NCBI GenBank assembly: GCA_963738405.1
Contig: CAVTWJ010000013.1
Coordinates: forward strand, 6,445-70,444
Reading direction: 5' to 3'
From: a candidate division FCPU426 bacterium
Lineage (GTDB): Bacteria; Oederibacteriota; Muellerivitia; Muellerivitales; Muellerivitaceae
DNA length: 64,000 nt
The first letter of the stretch is position 1. Every line of letters starts with the position of its first letter. Below are positions 8,487 to 18,330 of this stretch, piece by piece. Position numbers and translations under genes: made by a program. The notes under the pieces were generated by a model. That model was not told where the DNA came from. It searched no databases and saw nothing but the letters and a program-made list of their open reading frames with translations.

Positions 8487-8633
8487 CTGGGCACACCATT
8501 CTTTCTATGCGAATTAGTGGCAAACTTGGTTTGCCACGTTTATTTATCGTGAATGGCGTCGTACCGACATCAATGAAATTTTAAATTGATTGTCGGCACA
8601 CACCATCTATCTTTTAAAGGTCGACACACACCA
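8487..8633 (+). repeat. Three tRNA-3'-end-like copies downstream of tRNA-Arg
   Basis: ctgggcacacca (8487-8498) is identical to tRNA positions 8404-8415 and is preceded by a T-arm-like hairpin gccgg..ccggc. Degenerate copies are cggcacacacca (8594-8605, after hairpin ccgacatcaat..attgattgtcgg) and cgacacacacca (8622-8633). Confidence 0.6.
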
Positions 8634-8848
8634 GTTTTAAATTTCTGTCCCCAGCACATTTTGAAAGGCCTTTGTCTGTAAGGGTTTCACGACCCGAAAG
8701 GGCAAGGGCCTTTTTTGTGGGTGATGGTTAGCGATGGTAAAGCATGGTTAGGAGCGCTTAAAAACGACTCTGAATGACACGTATAAGACACGGAGGATCA
8801 ATAGACTTTTCGGTTTTGCGTCTTTATGAAACGGGAAGGAAAGGTATA

Positions 8849-9061
8849 ATGGCTTTCATGAACAGGAAAAACGTCTTAACACTCATCAAGAAAATCGAAG
8901 CCCTACCGGCTGAGAAAATAAACGAAGTCGAGGACTTCGTAGAATTCTTGGGCCATAAGGGGACAGACAGACAACTCACCAGGGCAGCGTCCAAACTCTC
9001 TGAAAAATCGTTCGCTAAGGTCTGGGATAACCCCGAAGATGCCATCTACGACAAGCTTTGA
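8849..9061 (+). CDS. Type II antitoxin (DUF2281/MazE-like)
   Basis: GGAAGGAAAGG SD before ATG 8849. Motifs ...EVEDFVEFL... and C-terminal KVWDNPEDAIYDKL. Overlaps the toxin gene. Confidence 0.6.
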   Translation: MAFMNRKNVLTLIKKIEALPAEKINEVEDFVEFLGHKGTDRQLTRAASKLSEKSFAKVWDNPEDAIYDKL

Positions 9062-9389
9062 TTTTGGGGATGTTCTCCTAGTCCCTTTTCCTTTTTCCAA
9101 CCAAACCGCTGTGAAGAAACGCCCTGCCGTTGTCGTCAGTTCAAGCGCCTATAACAGCTCCCGCCCTGATCTGATCATCCTGGCCTTAACAAGTCAACCA
9201 GCCGCCTCCGACGCATTTGGGGGAACAAGTCTTTCCAACTGGAAAGGTGCAGGCCTTTTGAAACCCTCGGTATTCAAACCCATATTGGCCACCATTGAGA
9301 AAACTTTGGTCCTACAGAAAATGGGCCGCCTACACGCCAGCGACCAGAAAACATTACAACAGGTCCTAAAAAAGATTATTCAAGTTTAG
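9039..9389 (+). CDS. PemK/MazF-family endoribonuclease toxin
   Basis: FDFGDVLLVPFPFSNQTAVKKRPAVVVS...LIILALTSQ, the typical MazF N-terminal strand pattern. Confidence 0.8.
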   Translation: MPSTTSFDFGDVLLVPFPFSNQTAVKKRPAVVVSSSAYNSSRPDLIILALTSQPAASDAFGGTSLSNWKGAGLLKPSVFKPILATIEKTLVLQKMGRLHASDQKTLQQVLKKIIQV

Positions 9390-9524
9390 TGATTCATTTA
9401 AATGAAGATTCGCTGGACGATTTTTCCAGTGAGGGTCCGCCTTCTTATATACTGCCTCTGTCTAATCTGTCCACGCCCGGTTGGAAAGCTTTATAAAATC
9501 GTTATTTTGAACTAGGGAATTTCT

Positions 9525-10730
9525 ATGCGTTACTTATCTATGTGGATTTTGATAGGTCTATTCTTTTGTGCCATCTCATCTTTTGGCGCGGTAACCAGCC
9601 AGGAATACCTCGACGCGGGGAAGTCCCTTTACCATAAGAACCAGTTCGACCAGGCGGCGAAGTACCTAAAGGCCGCCGTTCAAACCGACCCCCAAAACTG
9701 GGATGCCTATGTGGCCCTGGGGAACTGTCTCTTCAAGCAAAATCAGCTTTCGGATGCCCTGGACGCTTTTGACAAGAGTCTGGCCCTCCATCCCGATAAC
9801 CCCGGCGTGAAAACCTTCTCGGATGCCTTGAGGAAAAAAGTGTCCGCGGCATCTTCCTCCGCCCCTCCCCCTCTTCCGCACATGAGCGCTGGCGGTTCTT
9901 CAACTGCCGCCAACACGGGCGGGTTTACCCCTCCACCTCTTCCTCCGCTAGGAACGACAGCCTCGCCCGCAAAACCGGAGGACAACTTCTCCGCCTCGAT
10001 GGAAACTGCCGATGGAAAACTTCACTATTACGGGCTCAATCCGAAGGACCATCCTTTGCTCGAGGAATATTACGCGGGAAAGGACCTTGAAGACCGCAGC
10101 CGGTCGGCGCTCAAACTTGAAGACCAAACCAAGCTGAACGCGGATGAGAAATCGGTAGAACTTTGGGACGGCCCCAAGAGCCAGTTCTACGACCCGCATT
10201 TTTCCTTGTTGTTTGGGGTTATCACCCCGACGGGTATTGACCTTGATTTGGGTTATTTCATCAGCCCCGATACGAACGTTGGGGCTTCCCTTTGCTATAT
10301 TCCACTTAGCACTTCCGATTACACTTATACCTACAACAGCCAAACAGGTTATGACACCTATACCCCGACGAATTATTCTGGAAACCTTATTTACATCGAG
10401 CCGCGGATCAAGTTTTACTCAGCGCCCAGCGGCCTCAACTCCTATCACGGGTTCAGCGTCATTTATTACGGAGTACACCAGGGAGCTGTCGACGACACCA
10501 ATTTCGATATATTTGGATTGGGATATCTATTTGGTTTTAGAACTTTGCCCATGGATGGCATGACGATGGAACTGGGATGGAAGGTTGGAGTGGCGGTCAT
10601 TTTCATCGCGGAGAATGACTATACCGAAATCTATAGTAATGGGCATTACAGCGAAACCTACACGCCCACCACCACAGTCGTGCCTTTCCCCTACATCATT
10701 CCCGAGTTTAAGTTCGGATTTACTTTTTAA
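9525..10730 (+). CDS. Signal peptide - TPR - Pro-rich linker - predicted beta-barrel outer-membrane protein
   Basis: Signal peptide, two or three TPRs (YLDAGKSLYHKNQFDQAAKYLKAAVQTDPQN...), a PPPLPxxx linker, then an aromatic/Gly-rich alternating C-terminal half ending FKFGFTF. Confidence 0.7.
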   Translation: MRYLSMWILIGLFFCAISSFGAVTSQEYLDAGKSLYHKNQFDQAAKYLKAAVQTDPQNWDAYVALGNCLFKQNQLSDALDAFDKSLALHPDNPGVKTFSDALRKKVSAASSSAPPPLPHMSAGGSSTAANTGGFTPPPLPPLGTTASPAKPEDNFSASMETADGKLHYYGLNPKDHPLLEEYYAGKDLEDRSRSALKLEDQTKLNADEKSVELWDGPKSQFYDPHFSLLFGVITPTGIDLDLGYFISPDTNVGASLCYIPLSTSDYTYTYNSQTGYDTYTPTNYSGNLIYIEPRIKFYSAPSGLNSYHGFSVIYYGVHQGAVDDTNFDIFGLGYLFGFRTLPMDGMTMELGWKVGVAVIFIAENDYTEIYSNGHYSETYTPTTTVVPFPYIIPEFKFGFTF

Positions 10731-10875
10731 TTCCAGATAACTTGACCTATTCACAAAGATTTAACTCCTGACGTATGGGCGTGGTTCCATAATCTGCTGG
10801 GCTTTCACAAAAAAGAAGGTAAGCTTGAGGCGTCTTTAAAAAAATTTTACAACTTTTGTAAGCGGGGGAGCGGCC

Positions 10876-11616
10876 TTGTTCTGGAAGATCAAAGACCTAA
10901 GTGAATATGAGCGGGCTAAGCTGGAAGAGATTAGCCGGGGGCGGAACCTGGGAAAGGGCCCCCTTTTCTTTAAATCGAAGCACAATCCCCGCGCCATTGT
11001 TTTTGGGCTAGTGATCGGCATCGTTATTCTTGGGATCATGACCTTCGCGGCCCTATCCATTCCCACATCGGGATCGGACCCCAAACCCAACTGGATTTTA
11101 TGGGGTTGCGTTGGTTTCCTGCCCGTCTTGTGGACTCTAATGTTGGCAATAGAATTGATTCGTGGCGCCATCAACCCCCTCAAGCCTTTTATCCTGGTGA
11201 CCCCCAAGGCCATTTTCAAGGCGGATTACGGTTACGGCGAGCTGGAAGGCTATCTGCTCCGTGACGCCAAAAATTACACCAGTGCTGACACCTATGCCAA
11301 TCGATCTCAAAAATTTACGGGCCGGCTTTATCGCTTTTACTTTCCGGAAAGACAATTTGCCGTGAAGGTCACCGATAACGCGCATATTCAAGATATGGAA
11401 AAGGTTTTGGCCCAAGCCAGGGCCGGAGGAGCGCAGGATCGGGACCCGGGGCCGATCACTTTGCCCAGCCTCCCTGGTCGTCCTGGCCCTGGAATTTTGA
11501 GGTATGTGACAAACCCCTATGGGGAGTTTTGGTTGATGGTTGCCGGTGTTCTCGTAATCGGCGCGATTTTGGCCTTTGTGGGTTCCGATATCGTCGCGAG
11601 ATTCTCGAATCATTAA
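10876..11616 (+). CDS. Hypothetical membrane protein (3 predicted TM helices), TTG start
   Basis: Hydrophobic segments IVFGLVIGIVILGIMTFAAL, WGCVGFLPVLWTLMLAIELI, FWLMVAGVLVIGAILAFVG. The competing antisense ORF is Arg/Pro/His-rich junk. Confidence 0.5.
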   Translation: MFWKIKDLSEYERAKLEEISRGRNLGKGPLFFKSKHNPRAIVFGLVIGIVILGIMTFAALSIPTSGSDPKPNWILWGCVGFLPVLWTLMLAIELIRGAINPLKPFILVTPKAIFKADYGYGELEGYLLRDAKNYTSADTYANRSQKFTGRLYRFYFPERQFAVKVTDNAHIQDMEKVLAQARAGGAQDRDPGPITLPSLPGRPGPGILRYVTNPYGEFWLMVAGVLVIGAILAFVGSDIVARFSNH

Positions 11617-11653
11617 CGCGGGTTTTAAAAAACAATAAGGAAGGAACTAACTC

Positions 11654-12280
11654 ATGAAATACGTGTGGCAATGGCCGTCGGCCAAACTGAAGGGGGACAG
11701 CCAGGTGATCCCAAGAGTCTGCCCGAACTGCATGAAACCCTCGGAATTGGTTTTCCGCTACGGATATACCGGGCCTTTCTATATCCTCAGCCGGACGACC
11801 TATTACCAGACGTTCTACTATTGCAAGCCTTGCGGCGAATCCATGCAGAAAAAGTGGAAAAATAACAAATGGACCTTTTGGGTCAAATTGCTCTTGAGCT
11901 TCCTCGCTTTTTTCGCTCCCGTGGGGTTGATGGTCAGCCTTCCCAAGCCGACCGGGTTTTTGGGCGACATCATGCCGGGAATATACACCGGGGCTTGCCT
12001 CGTGTTTCCCTTTTTGGTTTTCTTCGGGCTGGGGTGGCTGTTCGACGGCATGTATGACAAAAAGAACCCCATGCGGCCGGACCAAGTGACCACCGGGCCT
12101 TCGGCCTATTACGCCGGCAAGGCGATTCTGGGGATGTTTGGCCCCAACATTTACAGCGCCGTGCGGCCCGAATGGCTCAAAGAGCTGGTCAAGCTCAATC
12201 CGTCCCAGGTGGATGACGCGACCCACAAGAACTTCACGGGTCAGGATAAACCGGCGGCTACGGGAAAACCCTTCGCCTGA
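11654..12280 (+). CDS. Hypothetical membrane protein with an N-terminal zinc-ribbon (CPNC...CKPC)
   Basis: Cys4 pattern plus two TM helices. AGGAAGGA SD upstream. Confidence 0.5.
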   Translation: MKYVWQWPSAKLKGDSQVIPRVCPNCMKPSELVFRYGYTGPFYILSRTTYYQTFYYCKPCGESMQKKWKNNKWTFWVKLLLSFLAFFAPVGLMVSLPKPTGFLGDIMPGIYTGACLVFPFLVFFGLGWLFDGMYDKKNPMRPDQVTTGPSAYYAGKAILGMFGPNIYSAVRPEWLKELVKLNPSQVDDATHKNFTGQDKPAATGKPFA

Positions 12281-12292
12281 GGGCCGCCAGGG

Positions 12293-13096
12293 TTAAATCC
12301 GCAAAAGTTCCGCGACTTCCTCCAGGATTTTCTCGGGACTGGCCGGTTTGGCGAGAATCTTGATCTTTGGCAGTTCAGAAACCAATGCTTTCAATTCCGC
12401 CGTGACTTTTGATGAATAGATCAGAATGGGTTTTTTGCAAAGGATGGGGTTGTTTTTGAGGTGCTGAAGAAAGGTGTGGCCGTCCATCCCCGGCATCTCC
12501 AGGTCGGTGATGATCATATCCACCTTTTTTCGGGTCATTTCGGTAAGGGCCTGTTTGCCGTCACCCGCCTCCCGGATGGTCGAACCCGGGTATCCCTTTT
12601 CCAGCGCGCGATAAAGGATGCCCCGCAGGGTCGGAGAGTCCTCAATAATCAGGAATTGCTGGGATTCTTTCTTTTTATCCCCGCCCAAACCTGATTCTTC
12701 CAGCCTGGCCGCCTCCTCGAGTAAAAGAAGAAATTTGGATACTTGATCCATCACTTCTTGGCGGTTCCTTTTGGGGATATGAGCCTGCAATTGGTCGAGC
12801 GGCAAGACCGCCAATTCCTCCCCCGGGTCGGCGGGCGAGTAAAAAACCACCGGCGTCCGGCTTTTTTTCAACTTCTTGAAAAATTCCACAGCGTGCTTGC
12901 CGCCTGAAAGCGGCCAATCGGTCACCACCAGATGGGGTGCCAGGTCTTCCATCTGATGGAGCGCCTCCTCGGCGTCGGAGGCTTGCAGAACTTCAAGGTT
13001 CATAAATTCCAACCGGATGGCCGTGCCCTCACGGCTGCGATCGTCCGAATCCACGACCAGTATTCTTTTGTTTTTCACTTGCGCCTCCCACCTCAT
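12293..13096 (-). CDS. Double-receiver response regulator (two REC domains, no output domain)
   Basis: REC2 has IIEDS, DMIITDLEMPGMDG, ILIYSS, AKP. REC1 is more divergent (VVDSDD, VVTDWPLSG). The start is taken at ATG 13096, 1 nt after the cheY stop. The track ORF extends to 13126. Confidence 0.8.
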   Translation of the reverse strand: MRWEAQVKNKRILVVDSDDRSREGTAIRLEFMNLEVLQASDAEEALHQMEDLAPHLVVTDWPLSGGKHAVEFFKKLKKSRTPVVFYSPADPGEELAVLPLDQLQAHIPKRNRQEVMDQVSKFLLLLEEAARLEESGLGGDKKKESQQFLIIEDSPTLRGILYRALEKGYPGSTIREAGDGKQALTEMTRKKVDMIITDLEMPGMDGHTFLQHLKNNPILCKKPILIYSSKVTAELKALVSELPKIKILAKPASPEKILEEVAELLRI

Positions 13097-13097
13097 T

Positions 13098-13481
13098 CTA
13101 GCTTGCCACCGAAAGAACTCTTTCAACCACTTCCTGCAGCAGCCCCGCGTGAAACGGCTTGCGGATGAATTCTTTGACGCCCTTTTGGGCCAGGGAATGC
13201 AGGACCGCCTGGTCCCCCTCGGAACTGACCACGATCACGGGAATGGCCGCCAGCATGGTGTCTTTGGACATGACTTCGATCATCTCCACACCCGTCATGT
13301 CCGGCATATTCAAGTCGGCCATGACCAAATCGACCCAATGCTCTTTCATTTTGGCCAACCCTTCCTTGCCGTCCCCCGCCTCGAACAATTCCCCCAAGGG
13401 AAGCTTGGTGGATTCCAAGGTTCTACGGATAAAGCCCCGCATGGTGGCGGAATCGTCCACAATCAAAATACTGATAGCCAT
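13098..13481 (-). CDS. cheY: CheY-like single-domain response regulator
   Basis: ILIVDDS, DLVMADLNMPDMTG, VIVVSSEG, IRKPF. Confidence 0.9.
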   Translation of the reverse strand: MAISILIVDDSATMRGFIRRTLESTKLPLGELFEAGDGKEGLAKMKEHWVDLVMADLNMPDMTGVEMIEVMSKDTMLAAIPVIVVSSEGDQAVLHSLAQKGVKEFIRKPFHAGLLQEVVERVLSVAS

Positions 13482-13495
13482 GACAGCCTCCTTTT

Positions 13496-15082
13496 TTAAT
13501 GAACCACTGCCTTGTTGGGAAGCGTCGGAGCCGAGCCGGGTTTAACGGCCGGACCTTTGGCGCCCCCCTTTCTTAAAAAACGGGCCCATGAAAAGGGCCG
13601 GACTTCTTTTTTCTCCGAAGCTAACTTATCCTCCTTCGTTTCCTCAACCTCTCCATCCACAATCGTCACCAGCTGTTTCACGATGGCCTTGAGCCCCGAG
13701 GCCTGGCGGGCCATGTCCTCGCTGGCGGTGGCGGTGTCTTTGGCGTTGAGATTGTTGTTTTGGGTCACTTCCTGGAGTTTTCCCATCTTGAAGCCGATTT
13801 CCGAGATGCCTTGGGTTTGCAGCTGGCTGGTGGTTTCAATCTCGTTGAGAAGGGTCGCCACCCGGTGGGTTTGGTCGATCATTTCCCGCAAAGCGGCGCC
13901 GAGCGTTTCGGTGACATCCATGCCCGAGGAGGCGCGGCGGGCGTTGTCCTCGATCATTTGGGAAGTTTCCTTGGCGGCCAAGGCGCAGCGCTGGGCGAGG
14001 CTGCGGACTTCCTCCGCCACGACCGCGAAACCTTTGCCGTGCTCGCCCGCCCGGGCCGCCTCCACCGATGCGTTCAACGAGAGAATGTTGGTTTGGAGGG
14101 CGATTTCCTCGATGGATTTCACGATTCGGGATATTTTTTCAGCGCTTTCGTTGACTGTTTTCATGGCGTTCAAGGTGTTATCCATCGACTGGTTGGACTT
14201 GATCATGGTGGCCTGGGTTTGGTCCATCAGCCGGCTTGCCCGGGTGGCCCCATCCGCGTTTTTCCCGGTCATGGCGGCCATGGAGGTCAAGGACTCGCTG
14301 GTTTGTTGGAGGTTCAGGGCGGATTCGGCGACGCCTTTGGCCTGTTGGACGCTCGCGCCGGAAACTTTCTCGGAGACGTTGGAAACCTGATCCGCGCTTT
14401 GCACCAGTTGTTCGGCAATGCTCTTAAACTTACCGCTCACTCCAATGGCCACGATTAAAATAATGCCTATTCCGAGCCCCAGGCTGATGATTCCCAGAAG
14501 AATCATGAATAAAAAGGAAGCGTTATAACTTTTTTGGGCGTCGTCGATGAGTTTTTGAGAGTTTTTCCATTTCAAATCCACTAACTTGTCCATCTGCTCA
14601 ACGATGGGGTCAATCACGGGGTAAAGGTTGGAAGTGGCCAATATTTCCAATGACTTCACATCTTTTTGCTCAAAAGCTTCCCGAAGCTGCATGAAAAAAT
14701 AATTGTTGTTGTGAAGGGTGGCCTTGACGACCAGCAGGACCGTTTTTTCCTCTTTGCTCGCGTCTTTATTGTTTTCGGCGTCCGCCGCATAGGAGGTCCA
14801 GTTCGCGTCGATGGTTTTGAGCGAATCCTCCAATAATTGCCGGCCATCCTCCCAACTTCCTCCCGCGCGGGTTTTTTGGACCGCTCCCGCGACCCCCACG
14901 ACATAGGCGTCGGAAATCTTTTTCAATTTGTTGAGGGGAGCGCTCGTGCTGTAAAGCTCCTGCAAATTATCCGACATTTTTTTGGAAACCTGCAGGCCCA
15001 CGATGGCCTCCGCGACGAGAGCCGCGGCCAAAATGGCTACGCTCAGGAAGAGTCTGTTTTGAAGGCTTAGTTTTTTAAACAT
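13496..15082 (-). CDS. Methyl-accepting chemotaxis protein
   Basis: AGGAG SD plus ATG at 15082 ([22 protein letters not shown]...), two TM helices and the canonical signalling hairpin [39 protein letters not shown]. The track ORF's extra 147 N-terminal codons overlap cheW and look non-coding. Confidence 0.9.
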   Translation of the reverse strand: MFKKLSLQNRLFLSVAILAAALVAEAIVGLQVSKKMSDNLQELYSTSAPLNKLKKISDAYVVGVAGAVQKTRAGGSWEDGRQLLEDSLKTIDANWTSYAADAENNKDASKEEKTVLLVVKATLHNNNYFFMQLREAFEQKDVKSLEILATSNLYPVIDPIVEQMDKLVDLKWKNSQKLIDDAQKSYNASFLFMILLGIISLGLGIGIILIVAIGVSGKFKSIAEQLVQSADQVSNVSEKVSGASVQQAKGVAESALNLQQTSESLTSMAAMTGKNADGATRASRLMDQTQATMIKSNQSMDNTLNAMKTVNESAEKISRIVKSIEEIALQTNILSLNASVEAARAGEHGKGFAVVAEEVRSLAQRCALAAKETSQMIEDNARRASSGMDVTETLGAALREMIDQTHRVATLLNEIETTSQLQTQGISEIGFKMGKLQEVTQNNNLNAKDTATASEDMARQASGLKAIVKQLVTIVDGEVEETKEDKLASEKKEVRPFSWARFLRKGGAKGPAVKPGSAPTLPNKAVVH

Positions 15083-15111
15083 AACGGCTCCTTTGAATGG
15101 GTAACTGGTAC

Positions 15112-15609
15112 TTAAACGGAGACAACATGCGAAACCTCCGGCGATTTTCCCCTCGCCTGACTCGCGATCAGCTTGTCGATCTGGATCAACAAAAGACTTT
15201 CGCCTGACGGATAGGTCCATCCGCCGGAAAGAAAGGGAATGTAATCCCCGGTGGCAATCGCGGCGGGGGGCTTTATTTCTTCCGGCGAAATTTTGGCGAA
15301 TCCCGAAACCTCGTGGACATAAAAACCCGCGCGAATCGGTTTTGGGTCCAACAAGTTCACGACGATGAAACCGCCCGCTTGTTGGGCATCCGGCCGGGGG
15401 AACCCTAAGAGGCCCGCCAGGTCCACCACAGGCACGATTTTTCCGTGCACTTGCGCCACCCCGATCAAAAAGTCCGCGGACTTCGGCACGTCGGTCATGA
15501 CCGTCCGGTTGGCGACTTCCCAAAGAAAACGGGCCTCAAAACCGAAGGACCGCCCATTGAGTTTAAAGACCAGGAAAGTATTGGGCAGGACCGCTTCTTC
15601 CGTTTTCAT
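15112..15609 (-). CDS. cheW: CheW coupling protein
   Basis: [21 protein letters not shown]...[25 protein letters not shown] start/stop overlap with cheA at 15606-15609. Confidence 0.9.
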   Translation of the reverse strand: MKTEEAVLPNTFLVFKLNGRSFGFEARFLWEVANRTVMTDVPKSADFLIGVAQVHGKIVPVVDLAGLLGFPRPDAQQAGGFIVVNLLDPKPIRAGFYVHEVSGFAKISPEEIKPPAAIATGDYIPFLSGGWTYPSGESLLLIQIDKLIASQARGKSPEVSHVVSV

Positions 15610-17624
15610 GAAACCCTCCCGCTGGGAAGGGTGAATTCCCGAAGCAGGGCCTGGATATCCAGGACCAAACAAACCCGCCCGTCCCCTAAAAGGGCGCCCC
15701 CATTGACCCCGGGAAGGTCCTCTAAAAGCCCGTCGAGGCCCTTCAAAACCACTTCCCGTTTGCCGATGATTTCATCGACCGTCAGTAAGATTTGTCGGTC
15801 GCCCTCGCCTAAACGGATACTGACGCTCTGGCGGTTGGCCTCCGGACTCCCGCCAAACCATTCGGTGAGATCCACCTTTTTGGGAACCCACTCTTCCGGG
15901 GCGGAGGCATCATCCCCAGGTTCCCTTTTTTCCCCGACCGTTGGAAATTCGTTTTGAAATCGGTTGATCTGGTTGATGGGAACCAGGTATAGGCCCCTAC
16001 CCGCCCTCACCAGCACCCCTTCCATGATGGCCAGGGTTAATGGGACCCGGAGGGTGAAGAGGCACCCCTTGCCAGGTTCGCTCGCCACCTGGACCGTTCC
16101 TTTCAAGGTTTGCAGGCGCCCGCGGACCACATTCAGGCCGATCCCCCTGCCGGAAACATCGGTGGCTTCCTCTTGGGTTGAAAAACCGGGGCGGAAAATG
16201 AATTCATGCAATCGGGTTTCTTCCAGCCGTTCGTTTTCCATCAACCAGCCCAATTTCTTCGCCTTTTTTTCGATTTTGGAAAGGTCCAAACCCCTGCCGT
16301 CATCCTCCAGGGTCAGGATGAAATAGCCTCCCTGGTGGGAGGCCCTTACCTTCAGGTTTCCATAGGGACTTTTTCCCGCTTGCGCCCTTTCGGAAGGCGT
16401 TTCCAATCCGTGATCCACGGCGTTGCGCACCAGGTGCAGGATGGCCTCCCATAATTCATCCACGAGGCGCTTGTCCAGTTCGGTGGATCCGCCTTCCAGG
16501 TGAAGCTGAAGGGGTTTCCCGGTTTTTTTGGAGATGTCCCGCGCCACCCGGCCGATCCTCATGAAAAGGGGCTGGACCGGAACCATTCGCAGGGACAAAA
16601 CCTGGTCTTGAAGGCTGCGCGCGGCTTTACCCAGGCCCTGGAGTATCTCGGAAGCTGTTTCATCGAATCCAAGCTCCTGGGCGGTTAACCGCAGTTTGTT
16701 GTGGTAAACCGACCATTCCTCAAGCGTTTCCATGAGTCCATCCATTTTCTCAACACCCACCCGAATGAACTGGTCTTGTTCCTCGGGGGCCGCATCCACG
16801 GGTTTTTCTGTATTCTCGAAGGTGGGGGATTCGGCGGCTGGGGGGAGCGTCTGGGAGGTTCCTTCAAATAGGTCTTGAACGGGAAAGATTTCGATGACGC
16901 CCTTCGGCAGACCCTCCTGGATTTTGCGGACCTGCTCGCGGAAAAGGTCGACTACCTTTAGCAGGATTCCCGCCTGTTCGCCGTTTAACTTTCCCTGGTT
17001 ATTTTTTTTGAAGGGCTCCAACAGGTTTTCGGCCAAATGGGCCAGGTCGGACATCTTTTGGAACCCCAGGTATCCAAATAGGCTCTTGAGGGTATGAAAA
17101 GACCGATAGACCGAGAGGGGGTCCCAGTTGCCCGATTGTTCCATATGGAGGAGGCCGTTTTCTACGGCGTTAAAATAGGGCGGCGCTTCCTGGAGGAAAT
17201 CCGTAAATCCGGGAAGGTCCGCTTCCTTGACGGACAGGGTTTGCGCCATGACGGTCGCCGCGCCCTCGGGTTTGGTTTCGACATCGAAAAAAAGGACATC
17301 CGAGCCGGGCTTTTGAGCCTCCGGTTTCTTTTCTTCCTCCTGTTTTAATAAATAACCGGCGTCCAGGAGGGCTTTCAAAAGACGCTCGAGGCCCTGGTGG
17401 GACGGCCTTCCGCTCCGAAGCCCCTTCACGATTTGGTTGGATTGGAGGACCAGGGACGCCATCCAGGGGCCGTATTCCTTCTTGGCCCGGGAAGTCCACT
17501 GGTCGAAAAGATCGGCGAGTTCCAGCACTTCTTCCATTTTTTGCGGATCGGTTTTGAGGGCTAAATCGGAAATACGGGACAAATTTTCCTCGAGTTTTAC
17601 CAGTTCGGGGCGTTTGTCGGTCAT
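15606..17624 (-). CDS. cheA: Chemotaxis histidine kinase CheA
   Basis: Hpt His (FHTLKSLFGYLG), dimerisation region, HATPase (HLVRNAVDHG, DDGRGLD, GRGIGLNVV), C-terminal CheW-like domain, and an about 150-aa N-terminal extension. Confidence 0.95.
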   Translation of the reverse strand: MTDKRPELVKLEENLSRISDLALKTDPQKMEEVLELADLFDQWTSRAKKEYGPWMASLVLQSNQIVKGLRSGRPSHQGLERLLKALLDAGYLLKQEEEKKPEAQKPGSDVLFFDVETKPEGAATVMAQTLSVKEADLPGFTDFLQEAPPYFNAVENGLLHMEQSGNWDPLSVYRSFHTLKSLFGYLGFQKMSDLAHLAENLLEPFKKNNQGKLNGEQAGILLKVVDLFREQVRKIQEGLPKGVIEIFPVQDLFEGTSQTLPPAAESPTFENTEKPVDAAPEEQDQFIRVGVEKMDGLMETLEEWSVYHNKLRLTAQELGFDETASEILQGLGKAARSLQDQVLSLRMVPVQPLFMRIGRVARDISKKTGKPLQLHLEGGSTELDKRLVDELWEAILHLVRNAVDHGLETPSERAQAGKSPYGNLKVRASHQGGYFILTLEDDGRGLDLSKIEKKAKKLGWLMENERLEETRLHEFIFRPGFSTQEEATDVSGRGIGLNVVRGRLQTLKGTVQVASEPGKGCLFTLRVPLTLAIMEGVLVRAGRGLYLVPINQINRFQNEFPTVGEKREPGDDASAPEEWVPKKVDLTEWFGGSPEANRQSVSIRLGEGDRQILLTVDEIIGKREVVLKGLDGLLEDLPGVNGGALLGDGRVCLVLDIQALLREFTLPSGRVS

Positions 17625-17628
17625 CGGG

Positions 17629-18135
17629 TCAACCTAAGCTTTCGATTTTGGACGAAATGGGGTCGATCCAAAGCTGGACGTCTACGGGGATGGATTGAAT
17701 GGCGATGGTCATTTTCGCTTCCGGATCGCGGGAGGGCCATTCCACGCGGGAAATAGGGAAGGGAAGAAAGTGCCGGAAGGCTACGGTTTCAGAGGTCCGG
17801 ATTTTATTCATGATGTGCCCGCAGAACATGTTGGTAAATTCATTGAAGGCGTCCAGGCCGCCGGAAGGACGGTCGTCCCGAAGTGAGCGGGCCAATAGAT
17901 CCCCTAAGTCTTGAGAACTTTGGATAATGATGAGCCCTTGATATTTGCCCGAAAGTTTCACCGCGCGGATCAAATCGAATTCATTTTTTTGACCGGGATC
18001 TAGCTGATAGGAATGGATATAAATGTTCGGCCAAAACCAGAGGATTTTTTCCAGGGCGTCATAAAGATCGGCTTTTTCAGGAACCCTAATATCGTTTTTA
18101 ATGGGTTTGGGATTTCCAAAAGTATTACCTGTCAT
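17629..18135 (-). CDS. CheX/CheC-family CheY-P phosphatase-like protein
   Basis: GGAGCAGGAA SD plus ATG 18135. DAFNEFTNMFCGHIMNKIRTSETVAFRHFLP matches the D/S-x3-E-x2-N-x22-P active-site consensus exactly. Confidence 0.75.
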   Translation of the reverse strand: MTGNTFGNPKPIKNDIRVPEKADLYDALEKILWFWPNIYIHSYQLDPGQKNEFDLIRAVKLSGKYQGLIIIQSSQDLGDLLARSLRDDRPSGGLDAFNEFTNMFCGHIMNKIRTSETVAFRHFLPFPISRVEWPSRDPEAKMTIAIQSIPVDVQLWIDPISSKIESLG

Positions 18136-18315
18136 TTCCTGCTCCCAAAAGAGGTTGATCCGACGAGGCGAAGCAGGGCAATTTAAGCAGAAAAGGGGTG
18201 GGAATTGAGTAGGCGCAAAGAAACTACTATGTAAATTAGTTTGAAAATTACAGATGTACGAAATATTCCAAAAATAAAAGTTCACACCGCCGGATAAATT
18301 ACAACCATTTAACAG

Positions 18316-18330
18316 GTGGAAACTTTCCAC
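18316..18330. promoter_or_regulatory. Perfect palindrome GTGGAAA-c-TTTCCAC in the divergent CheX/CheX-like intergenic region
   Basis: Seen directly. The region also carries an 11-bp direct repeat tactatgtaaa at 18225 and 18346. Confidence 0.25.

Noticed and set aside
9393-9406. The 14-bp palindrome ttcatttaaatgaa just after the MazF-like stop
   Set aside because: Short AT palindromes of this size are expected by chance in AT-rich spacers. There is no partner motif or second copy.
11456-12226. The 256-aa minus-strand ORF and ORF 11137..11613 minus
   Set aside because: They are Arg/Pro/His/Gly-rich with no motifs. The opposite-strand ORFs have TM helices, a zinc ribbon and SD sequences.
13512-14458. 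Long plus-strand ORFs 13512..14390 and 13760..14458
   Set aside because: They are antisense to the unmistakable MCP signalling domain. The composition is low-complexity Ser/Ala/Gly/Arg.
13496-15523. The 675-aa version of the MCP ORF
   Set aside because: The first 147 codons are Arg/Gly/Pro-rich, overlap cheW in another frame and precede a perfect AGGAG-ATG (15082) that opens with a TM helix. The true gene is 13496..15082.
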